The notes below the pieces were generated by a model. That model did no database searches, was not told the DNA's origin, and saw only the letters and a program-made list of their open reading frames with translations. A stretch of DNA of 64,000 bases from NCBI GenBank assembly GCA_002269645.1, contig NIVC01001403.1, forward strand, positions 124,001-188,000. The letters run 5' to 3'. The stretch comes from Macrostomum lignano. Its lineage: Eukaryota. Positions 27,501-37,775 of this stretch are shown piece by piece; positions within the stretch are counted from its first letter, which is position 1; every line of letters starts with the position of its first letter. The position numbers and the translations under genes are program-made.

Positions 27501-30500
27501 GCACTCTTACTCAATATTTTATGACTCACTTCTTCTCGTCGAATATTTCGCCATCTCGACACCTGGCCAATTCTAGCGGCTGCGCCAGGGTGGCCATCTC
27601 CCAGGCCAGCTGACAGGCAGCTCGAATGAAGGGACCGATGACGTCATAGCTGATTCCGGGCGGCAGGTAAAGCCGGTTGTCTCGCGTTAGGGCCCGAATG
27701 ACGTCCTTGAAATTCGACGTTAGGACGGTGAGAGAACTTAATTAAAAGAATAAATTCTGTGCTTTTCATTGGAGAACTTCAGTAACTCTGTTTTGGGATT
27801 TGACCCTCCCTTTTAGGACCCTTTTGGGATGTTAAAATGTCAAGACTCATGGGGCTCATAGTGGATGCTGATATCTTAGGCTAGATCACTGGCTTTCGGG
27901 GTGAATGCTTTTCTGCCTCAAAAAAAGATTTTCCTTAAAAGGTTAACAATTACGAGGTCAAAGCGTTTATGTTTTTTATTCAAAAATAAACAATTTTTAT
28001 TCCTTTATTTGCTGCCTCCCCAACTGGGGGGGGGCTGATTGCTGGTATTCATTTTAAAACTAAATGACTAGTGTAGCATAACAGGACACAAAACTCAAAT
28101 GGAGTAATTTGTTAGAGGCCGATTTCCTGCAAAAAGACACTGCGGAGATTTTTTTGCCACAAAATCAATTATTGTATTTGATCTGTGGGCAGTGAAGATT
28201 AACCATTCAAAAGTTGTAAACAAAAATTTTTGTGTTTTTCCTTTTTGAATTAAGAATATTTGTAATAAAAATGTTAAATCCAGGTACTCTTAAGCTATTC
28301 TTAAGCACGGACCCTACATACATGCATAATTATGCAATCATTGATTATTTGATCCCATCTTCGCAGTATATTTTTCCCAGGAAATCGGCCTCCAAAAAGG
28401 TCCAGAAGCTTTACCTCAGTCATGCTCTGCAGATCCTCCGGCTGGTGATGGCAGTTGATGAAGTCTTGTACAGCCTCATCTAGACTAGCCGGCCCCACGT
28501 GGCTCAGCAGCAGTTGGGTTCGAACCCGGGACTTGTACTCGCGGAAAGTCAACTTGGCTAATGAAAATGCTTCCTGCCATAGTTTCATGTGTTTTATCTG
28601 GCTAGCAGTTGTAGAAAAACTGAATTGAACTGTTTAATTAATTAGTACTGTCCTACCTGAACTGCCGCGCCAATTATTCTTTGATTGTTCTCCTCGTCGT
28701 CATAGCAACGACGCAGCGCGTCGCTCGCTTCGCGCCTGGCTGACCCAGCCAGATCCAGGTAGCGGGCTATCAGTGCCTGGTTTAAAAGTACAAAAGTTTG
28801 GAAAATGTCGGCTTGCTTATAAAATGCTAGTTCTAGATGACGTGTGAATAATAATGATTAAAAGTGACAGGCACTCTGCTCACTGCACTCTGCTCACTGC
28901 ACTCTGCTCACTGCACTCTGCTCACTGCACTCTGCTCACTGCACTCTGCTCACTGCACTCTGCTCACTGCACTCTGCTCACTGCACTCTGCTCACTGCAC
29001 TCTGCTCACTGCACTCTGCTCACTGCACTCTGCTCACTGCACTCTGCTCACTGCACTCTGCTCACTGCACTCTGCTCACTGCACTCTGCTCACTGCACTC
29101 TGCTCACTGCACTCTGCTCACTGCACTCTGCTCACTGCTCTCTGCTCACTGCACTCTGCTCACTGCACTCTGCTCACTGCACTCTGCTCACTGCACTCTG
29201 CTCACTGCACTCTGCTCACTGCACTCTGCTCACTGCACTCTGCTCACTGCACTCTGCTCACTGCACTCTGCTCACTGCACTCTGCTCACTGCACTCTGCT
29301 CACTGCACTCTGCTCACTGCACTCTGCTCACTGCACTCTGCTCACTGCACTCTGCTCACTGCACTCTGCTCACTGCACTCTGCTCACTGCACTCTGCTTA
29401 CTGCACTCTGCTCACTGCACTCTGCTCACTGCACTCTGCTCACTGCACTCTGCTCACTGCACTCTGCTATAGCATTAACCAGACATTCTGCTCATAGCAT
29501 TGACCAGACATTCTGCTCATAGCATTGACCAGACATTCTGCTCATAGCATTTAACCAGACATTCTGCTCATAGCATTAACCAGAAATTCTGCTCATAGCA
29601 TTTAACCAGACATTCTGCTCATAGCATTTAACCAGACATTCTGCTCATAGCATTTAACCAGACATTCTGCTCATAGCATTTAACAAGACATTCTGCTCAT
29701 AGCATTTAACCAGACATTCTGCTCATAGCATTTAACCAGACATTCTGCTCATAGCATTAACCAGACATTCTGCTATAGCATTAACCAGACATTCTGCTCA
29801 TAGCATTTAACCAGACATTCTGCTCATAGCATTTAACCAGACATTCTGCTCATAGCATTAACCAGACATTCTGCTCATAGCATTAACCAGACATTCTGCT
29901 CATGGCATTAACCAGACATTCTGCTCATAGCATTTAACCAGACATTCTGCTCATAGCATTTAACCAGACATTCTGCTCATAGCATTTAACCAGACATTCT
30001 GCTCATAGCATTTAACCAGACATTCTGCTCATAGCATTTAACCAGACATTCTGCTCATAGCATTTAACCAGACATTCTGCTCATAGCATCTAACCAGACA
30101 TTCTGCTCATAGCATTTAACCAGACATTCTGCTCATAGCATCTAACCAGACATTCTGCTCATAGCATTTAACCAGATATTCTGCTCATAGCATTTAACCA
30201 GACATTCTGCTCATAGCATTTAACCAGACATTCTGCTCATACATAGCATTAGCCTGAATTCTGCTCATAGCATTAGCCAGTCAAAGCTCTTTCCCGACCT
30301 TTCACTGAAGCATCCAGCAACGTTTTCTCACCTGTCGACGCGACCGGAGCAGCGGATCCGCCTGGGACAGCGGCGACACCGCAGGCGGAGGTCCGTGCAG
30401 CCCCGCCAGGTGTCCGCTGATGGACCTGGCCAACCGGCCGTCCGCTGGCGTCAACGGAGGCGGCGGCGGCGGCGGTGACATCGGCGGCGGAGCGAAGTAG

Positions 30501-33500
30501 TCAGGAAAGCCGCAACCCCCAGGGCCTGGCAGCCTTAGCGGCAGCGGCGGCAGCGGCGGCGGAGGCAGCGGCGCGGGGCCGTACAGCCTGGCGTGAAGGT
30601 CGTCGATTTCTCCTCGAAGTAGGCGAACTCGGCGATCATAGTCGTCTACTAAGTCGGCTCGGCTCTGAAGGCGACTGCGGTCCGCCTCGGCCTCGGACAG
30701 TCTGGCGTTCCGGATGAGGGAGTGACAGCTGGTGGAGTGATAGCTGATGGAGTGATAGCTGGTGGAGTGACAGCTAGTGGAGTGACAGCTGGTGGAGTGA
30801 CAGATGATGGAGTGACAGAAAATGGAGTGACAGCTGGTGGAGTGACAGCTGGTGGAGTGATAGCTGGTGGAGTGATAGCTGGTGGAGTGATAGCTGGTGG
30901 AGTGACAGATGATGGAGTGACAAATAATGGAGTGACAGCTGGTGGAGTGACAGCTGGTGGAGTGACAGCTGGTGGAGTGACAGATATGAGACAGAAGACA
31001 GCTGGCAGAGTGACAGGTGAGAGACAGCTGGCAGAGTGACAGGTGAGAGACAGGTGACAGAGTGACAGGTGAGAGACAGCTGGCAGAGTGACAGGTGAGA
31101 GACAGGTGACAGAGTGACAGGTGAGAGACAGCTGGCAGAGTGACAGGTGAGAGACAGCTGGCAGAGTGACAGGTGAGAGACAGCTGGCAGAGTGACAGGT
31201 GAGAGACAGCTGGCAGAGTGACAGGTGAGAGACAGGTGACAGAGTGACAGGTGAGAGACAGGTGACAGAGTGACAGGTGAGAGACAGCTGACAGAGTGAC
31301 AGGTGAGAGACAGCTGGCAGAGTGACAGGTGAGAGACAGGTGACAGAGTGACAGGTGAGAGACAGGTGACAGAGTGACAGGTGAGAGACAGCTGACAGAG
31401 TGACAGGTGAGAGACAGGTGACAGAGTGACAGGTGAGAGACAGCTGGCAGAGTGACAGGTGAGAGACAGCTGGCAGAGTGACAGATAAGAGACAGGTGAC
31501 AGAGTGACAGGTGAGAGACAGGTGACAGAGTGACAGGTGAGAGACAGGTGACAGAGTGACAGGTGAGAGACAGCTGGCAGAGTGACAGGTGAGAGACAGG
31601 TGACAGAGTGACAGGTGAGAGACAGCTGGCAGAGTGACAGGTGAGAGACAGGTGACAGAGTGACAGGTGAGAGACAGCTGGCAGAGTGACAGGTGAGAGA
31701 CAGGTGACAGAGTGACAGGTGAGAGACAGCTGGCAGAGTGACAGGTGAGAGACAGGTGACAGAGTGACAGGTGAGAGACAGCTGGCAGAGTGACAGGTGA
31801 GAGACAGGTGACAGAGTGACAGGTGAGAGACAGCTGGCAGAGTGACAGGTGAGAGACAGGTGACAGAGTGACAGGTGAGAGACAGCTGACCGGGTGAAAC
31901 TTACCTCTGCTGCAGTTGGCGCAGCTCGGCCTCGTCGAACATCTTCTCGCTGGCGGAGGCCCTGCCCTGCCGCTCCAGCTCCTGTCGGGTGCTCTCCAGT
32001 CTGGAATCCGTGTGCGATGCAAAATATAAAATTCAATATAAAGCTGACCTATCGAAAAAAAATATTTCATTTCAATGAGTCAATTGAAGCATTTAAATAT
32101 CAGGCGGAGCTGCTCGGGTATTTGCCAGCACAGGAAGCGGTGAGCAGCATTCTAAGAAACGGGACTGCAGCCCTACTCGATAGAGCGGAATACTTCTCAT
32201 TGCCACTCCAACTCAGCCCTCAGCTGCGCCATCCGGCAGCGCTGCGCAATAAAATTTCTACTGCATGAAAAACTGTCTTCCTGTACCCTGCTTGGCCGCG
32301 AAGAACTTGGCGATGCTGAATATTGGTCTGCCTGCCCTTATAAACTGCGCTTAATTATAAACTCAGCCACCTTTGCAGTTCTGTTTTCATTGCTAGTTTA
32401 ACATAAAACTCTGTGTTTTCATTAACAATAAGTATGGTGCTGGCGCCCCTGGTGCTGGCGCCCCTGGTGCTGGCGCCCCTGGTGCTGGCGCCCCTGGTGC
32501 TGGCGCCCCTGGTGCTGGCGCCCCTGGTGCTGGCGCCCCTGGTGCTGGCGCCCCTGGTGCTGGCGCCCCTGGTGCTGGCGCCCCTGGTGCTGGCGCCCCT
32601 GGTGCTGGCGCCCCTGGTGCTGGCGCCCCTGGTGCTGGCGCCCCTGGTGCTGGCGCCCCTGGTGCTGGCGCCCCTGGTGCTGGCGCCCCTGGTGCTGGCG
32701 CCCCTGGTTTTAAAATAGTGCTCCCGATTTTTTCCGCCATAGACAAAAGCTCAGAGCCAATGAAAACCTAAACATCGTACTTGACTAGACGCTATGAATT
32801 TATCAAAAATTGAAATTTACATTTATGAATAAGTTCTAAACAGATGGCCAAATTAAATTACATTAAGAGTGGCCTATACACATGTAATGTTTTTTTAAGT
32901 ATGTCTACATGTACATGACATCGTTTCCAGGAGGTTCGCTGTTTCTGCTGACATGAACTCACTCAGCTTTGATATCTTCATTCTCGGCTCTGGACCGGCT
33001 CAAAGCTTCTTCTAGCTGGGCAAGCGACTCCTCGTACGACTTTTGCGCTTCGTTTGCTCGGCACTCCTTGCTGACGGCGTCCTTGATGACGCTTAAGGAG
33101 GCGTCGGAGCTCAGGCCGCTGGCGAAGAAGCCCTGGCCCAGCAGCGGCAGCAGGCGGGACTTGATGCCCGCGGCGCCAGCTCCGTACAGTCGGCCTGTTG
33201 GTTTCATTGGGGGATTGGGGTAAATTGGGGTAAATTTGTAGAAATTAGGGGAAATCATGTGGACAATACCGGTATTTCTTCGAAAATTCAAAAATTCCTA
33301 TGCTTTTTAGCCTACTTGCAGTAGCTGAAGTTTTTTATGTTTTTCTATCTATTTAACTCCAGTAAATGTTTAATCTACTACATGTGAGTCATGACAAAGG
33401 CGAAAACAGGTGCTAGCTGCTGTATATGGGTTCGGGATTCCTGTGTTACAAACTTTTTACTGGCTGAACTTTGGAATGGAAATTAACCAAATTCATGTGC

Positions 33501-34175
33501 AGTTACTTATGGACGCCACAATTATGGACTAAAAAATGGTTAGGTTAAGTAATCGTTATATTTATTTGTATCTCAACTAAACAGAGGTATTTAATTACCT
33601 TCCGACGCGCACAGACTGAGCAGTTTGAATAGCTGACCTTGAAGTCGAGCGTTCAGTTCGACAATTTCACAAGCTTTGGCCAGGTTTTCGTCAGCTGTAT
33701 TTATCTTAAAATCGAAAATGTGCATAGTTGAGTAAATATATTTTCATGGTACAGTGTATGTACGAGTATAACATTGATCTATCTGTCTTTAAAACGGTCT
33801 GTATTTCTCAGTTACTGAAGTCTGATGTGTCATTGACCAGTACATGTAAAGTACAACATGTACATTTAGTCAGCACAAGCCTGTTCCTGGCTAAGTCTAA
33901 GTTGGAAGCTGGACCCTAAGTTAGACCTGACGCATCTCAATAACAATAAGACAATTTCAATTAGCGAGCGCATTATCCTATGAAAACAGTTGAAAAAGTT
34001 GTAGCGTGCATCCCTGACGAAGCAAAGTACTTCAAAACCTTAGCAAACGTTTTGTTGGCATCGATTTTTTTCAAATCCACCACCTTACCTTGTACTCGTC
34101 ACTCCATTTCTGCAGTTTCCCATGAAGATGTGAGAAAACACCGATTTCCACTAGACGTTGTAACGACTCTGACAT
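21573..34175 (-). CDS. SPATA18: Mitochondria-eating protein (Mieap / SPATA18) orthologue, multi-exon
   Basis: Phase-consistent GT-AG exons: 34175-34089, 33704-33599, 33194-32963, 32000-31905, 30701-30332, 28776-28657, 28573-28415, 27705-27530, 25131-24999, [24868-24674, 23862-23623], 22206-22134, 21670-21573. N-terminus MSESLQRLVE..KLQKWSDEYK-INTADENLAKACEIVELNARLQGQLFKLL..IKSRLLPLL and C-terminal domain [45 protein letters not shown] match the human SPATA18 motifs as I recall them (QGQLFGIL, IKSRLLPWL, YRRSYDSDFTAPLV). The first 9 exons (493 codons) are secure; the last 4 are less so. Confidence 0.93.
21690..22100. repeat. Tandem array, ~20-bp unit GATAGATGGGGAAATGGGTA
   Basis: Direct periodicity, diverging to the right; in a Mieap intron. 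Confidence 0.9.
22257..23610. repeat. Tandem array, 22-bp unit AACGATAATCCCACCTGTTGTT
   Basis: Direct periodicity; in a Mieap intron. Confidence 0.96.
23623..24868 (-). CDS. Two candidate in-frame cassette exons of Mieap (24868-24674, 65 codons; 23862-23623, 80 codons)
   Basis: Both are open in phase 0-0 with AG/GT ends (caacag|ACT...AGG|gtgaga and ctccag|ACG...ATG|gtaact). They encode His/Cys-rich (SHCCCCCGGRSTQCCNR) and acidic (SDSDEDEEE) low-complexity peptides. No homology recognised. Confidence 0.55.
23866..24545. repeat. G-rich tandem array, 11-12-bp unit GAGTAGGGTATT / GAGTAGGGGTT
   Basis: Direct periodicity; abuts the acceptor at 23863. Confidence 0.95.
25208..27425. repeat. Tandem array, 20-21-bp unit CAAGAGACAGGGGCGCCCAC with higher-order blocks
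   Basis: Direct periodicity; fills Mieap intron 8. Confidence 0.97.
28870..30280. repeat. Compound array: 14-bp GCACTCTGCTCACT (28870-29468) then 25-26-bp AGCATTTAACCAGACATTCTGCTCAT (29468-30280)
   Basis: Direct periodicity; shared core TCTGCTCA. Confidence 0.96.
30720..31890. repeat. Compound array: 15-bp GGAGTGACAGCTGGT (30720-30985) then 26-bp GACAGAGTGACAGGTGAGAGACAGGT (30985-31890)
   Basis: Direct periodicity; shared core GAGTGACAG; fills Mieap intron 4. Confidence 0.95.
32436..32707. repeat. Perfect tandem array, 15-bp unit GGTGCTGGCGCCCCT (about 18 copies)
   Basis: Identical units; in Mieap intron 3. Confidence 0.97.
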
Positions 34176-34782
34176 TCTGTCGAAGTAATATAAATAAATG
34201 AGTACTTAGACTTCTTAACGTTGCAATCACTCGAGAATATATATAGTTCGATAATGATATTTTTGTATATTTTTGCAAATAGACGCATAGAAGTAAGTTA
34301 GTGGCCCAACTGATTTATTCCTATAAATATAATATATTAATTACCACCTGCCGTATCAAATTTAAGAATGAATATCTTAGATACGAGTTAAAACAAGCAC
34401 ATTGCTTCCAATGTACTTTAAATGTATTAAACAAAAGTTAAAGATGCTCCTTGCTAAAAAGAAGCAACTTCTTAAAGTTTATTTTGTATACCTTAAATTT
34501 AGTTGATAGTAGTTTGAAAAAAGTTCATGCAAATAAATGCATTGAGCAAAACATGTTTTGCATTTTTAAATTCCTACTTTAGAACATTTTTATCTGATTT
34601 CGTAAACACGATTTTTTTACGCAAAGCAGACGTAAACTTTCACGGGATCTTGTAAAAATGCTTTATAAACATTATTTCAAAGTGACTTCTATACCTTCCA
34701 TTTTAGTTTAACACATTTTAATTAGTTCATTAGTTCATTAGCAGAGCACCTATATGAGAATATTTAAAAAAATGCAGTATCT

Positions 34783-34978
34783 GCAGTTGCAGTTGTGAAA
34801 GTAGATGACATTTAGCAGTTGTGAAGCTTCGCAGTTGTAAAGTTTCGCATTTGTGAAAGTGACTGCAAAAAATTTGCAGTTGTGAAGTTTTGCAGTTGTG
34901 AAGTTTCATGTTTGTGAAGTTTCGCGTTTATGAAAGCAAGTTCTTTTAGCAGTTGTGAAATTTCGCATTTATGAAACT
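34783..34978. repeat. Cluster of degenerate ~15-17-bp motifs GCAGTTGTGAAGTTTC
   Basis: About 10 imperfect copies in the AT-rich spacer between Mieap and KMT2C/D. Confidence 0.7.
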
Positions 34979-37339
34979 TACCCATAAAAAGTTAGGCCTT
35001 ATATGCTATTCTGCAATCATTAAAAAACATGAATAAACTTATTGAAATTGTTAAAAATTTAAATAATAGGCCTACTAAAAGCAAGTAAATTCTAGGTCTA
35101 GGATCAAAAACAAAATAATTTTTGATGTTGTAGCATTCACATTAATTATAATTAGGCTTATTATAAACAAGAAAAAACTAGGCCTACTTATTAGCAATGT
35201 TATTACAGGCTTTACTATATAAGTATAAATGTAAAATCAAAGATTAATTAGGGCCTATATCTTTAAATGAAAATAAAGTGTATAAGTAGGGATTCCAGTG
35301 AGATTTTGAATCTTCCAAGTTTCTATTTTTTGACTATATAATATAGTATGATAGATCTTGTTTGTATGACACAGTATGAGTAAAAAGACATCTCACTTTT
35401 GAAATTTCATTGTCATTGAGTTCTTTGGCTTATAATTTATTTTGCCAATAAGGGACTATGATCATTTTTGTAGATGATTTCATATTAAAAACATTTTTTC
35501 TATAACTTTTATGCCTTATCCAATTTCATGTGTGATACTTTATTCTTTTGCATTTTTTTCTCTAGTTTCAAGAATTGTATCTTTAATTACATGTCATTTT
35601 CACCTTCTTTATTTGTATTCTTCTACTCTATAGTTACTATTTGCCACATCACATTATTGTTTCAACCTGCCTACATGTGTACCAAGTGTTAAAACATGCT
35701 TATTTGTTAAATGGTATTCCCTAAGTACTTTGTAATTATATATAATTAACAAGAAATAAGATGTGTAATCTGTTTGTTTGCAATTCAAAATGCATGCATA
35801 GTTCCTAAAACTATTTTTTATCTATATATGTAAAGTAGGTACTTTAGGCTCTAGGTGCACAAAACTTCAAAAGCACAGCATGTTATGAAAATGTCACTCA
35901 TTATATTATGTTCTTCAATAAATTCTATATTGGAAAATCCATTTCCAGATTGCAGCATTTGAAATTGCCTATTTGAAAAAAAATTAAATGGTAAAAAACA
36001 ATTTTTGGTTGAATCTAAAACTTAGGAAAAAAATTGGCCTTAAAATAAAACAAATATTTTTTAAAGAATATATTTAACCACACAAATTTATGTAAAAATG
36101 TACTGTTTCTTAGAAAAATTCAAAATACAAAACAAAAATATTTTTACTATAGTCATAGTGGCAAAATTCTTGCAAAAATTGCGAAACTTGTCAAATTTGT
36201 CCAATTAGTCTATGTTTTGTCTCATTTTAAAACATTTTTATTGCTCTTTAAAAAAATTATTGACTTATACATTGAAGTTTGCCTATTTTATAGTATGTAA
36301 CTATTTTTTACATTAAGTAGCACTGTTTTGGTCATATTTTGCATTTTTTAATTTGTGCCACAATCTTATTTGAGTCCCTAATATAAGGCTAGCTTTTTGG
36401 TTTATGCTAGCTATTAAAAAGAAGACTCCTATAAGGTTTTGAAAGTTTTTAAAATGTTTTTTCTTTTGATTAATCTCATTTTCCTAATTAAAAACACCTT
36501 ACTTTTGAGAATTTCTTAAGTAATAAAAAGTTATTTAATTCTTTTGATCCTAATTTATCAACTATTTTGTAATTATTTGCCAATAATATTAGGCACTATG
36601 ATCATTTTTGCCTAAAAAGTTTTTTTCTTTTTTAACTAATATAGTTATTCTTATTTTTTATAAAATTCTATGTCCAACATGTCATTTTTAGCTTTTTATC
36701 TTTTATCTTATTGATAAAAATAAATTTAATATAACTAAAAAAGTCTAAACCTTTGTATCAGTACTAAAAAAGTTAGCCTTAGGCCAAAAATGCATAGAAA
36801 AACTATAGATAGACATTTTGCCATTTTTATTATAACCCATATTTAAATTAATTCACTTTCAATTTGTATTAATTGCATTGCTAAGTTATTCATTTATGGA
36901 AAACTTACTTTTTATTTAAATTTGTATTTTGCATCCATATGCATATTTGAAAGTTATAAAAGCCTCATTAAAGCCAGACTCCTGAAGGTTAACTTGTATG
37001 TCAAAAATTTTCAGCACGCAAATGACCTCTTTCAAAGTTTGTATACATATTTTGGCATACAAATTCATGCCAATTTTTGGTGTACAATTTTGGTATGCAA
37101 AAAATATACAATTTTTTTAGAGTGCACATATATTTAGCAATAAAATAAAGAATAATTTGCATACTATACAAAGTCAATGATGAAATAATTGCCAAAAACT
37201 GCTGAAATAAGCTGCTCTAAAGCTAAATAAGTAGTTTATATTAGAATATTTACAGATTTTTCAATTAGGAAATTAAAAGTTAATTAAAAAGGTCAAACTT
37301 CAAACTACACCATGTTTATGTAGGTATATCTATAGCTAC

Positions 37340-37608
37340 CAGGGGCGTAGCCAGGATTTTTTTTGGGGGTATCGGTTAGCTGTTATCAGAAAGCAAGGGC
37401 TTGAGATCCACATATCCCCTTAATGTATTTCTAGTGCATAATACATATAATTACTCTATTTGTTTGTTAATTGTTATTCTTTCGATTTGGATACCTTTCT
37501 CTTCCTTAGTTAATGGTCACAATTGCAACTGAAAAAAGGAAAAAAATGTTGCTTTGGAAATTTGGGGGTATCGGCCGATATACCGATACCCCCCTCGCTA
37601 CGCCCCTG
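37340..37608. mobile_element. Non-autonomous hAT-type DNA transposon (MITE), 269 bp
   Basis: 12-bp TIRs CAGGGGCGTAGC (37340) / GCTACGCCCCTG (ends 37608); perfect 8-bp direct repeat ATAGCTAC at 37332-37339 and 37609-37616; subterminal TTGGGGGTATCGG motif near both ends. An 8-bp TSD is characteristic of the hAT superfamily. Confidence 0.88.
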
Positions 37609-37775
37609 ATAGCTACCATGGAAACCTATTTTTGCATAGTTGGCATGTAATCTGTGGCTGTAGACTGTCAATAAACAGCTCACGATTTGAAATTTCAGAA
37701 ATGCCAGGCTAATCTTAATCGCCAACAGAACTGCTTAACTGTCAGCTCCCTGAGCCAATCAGCAGTTGGCGCACC

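Noticed and set aside
32393-32746. (PGAPA)n elastin/collagen-like protein
   Set aside because: Perfect DNA identity with no synonymous variation, inside Mieap intron 3.
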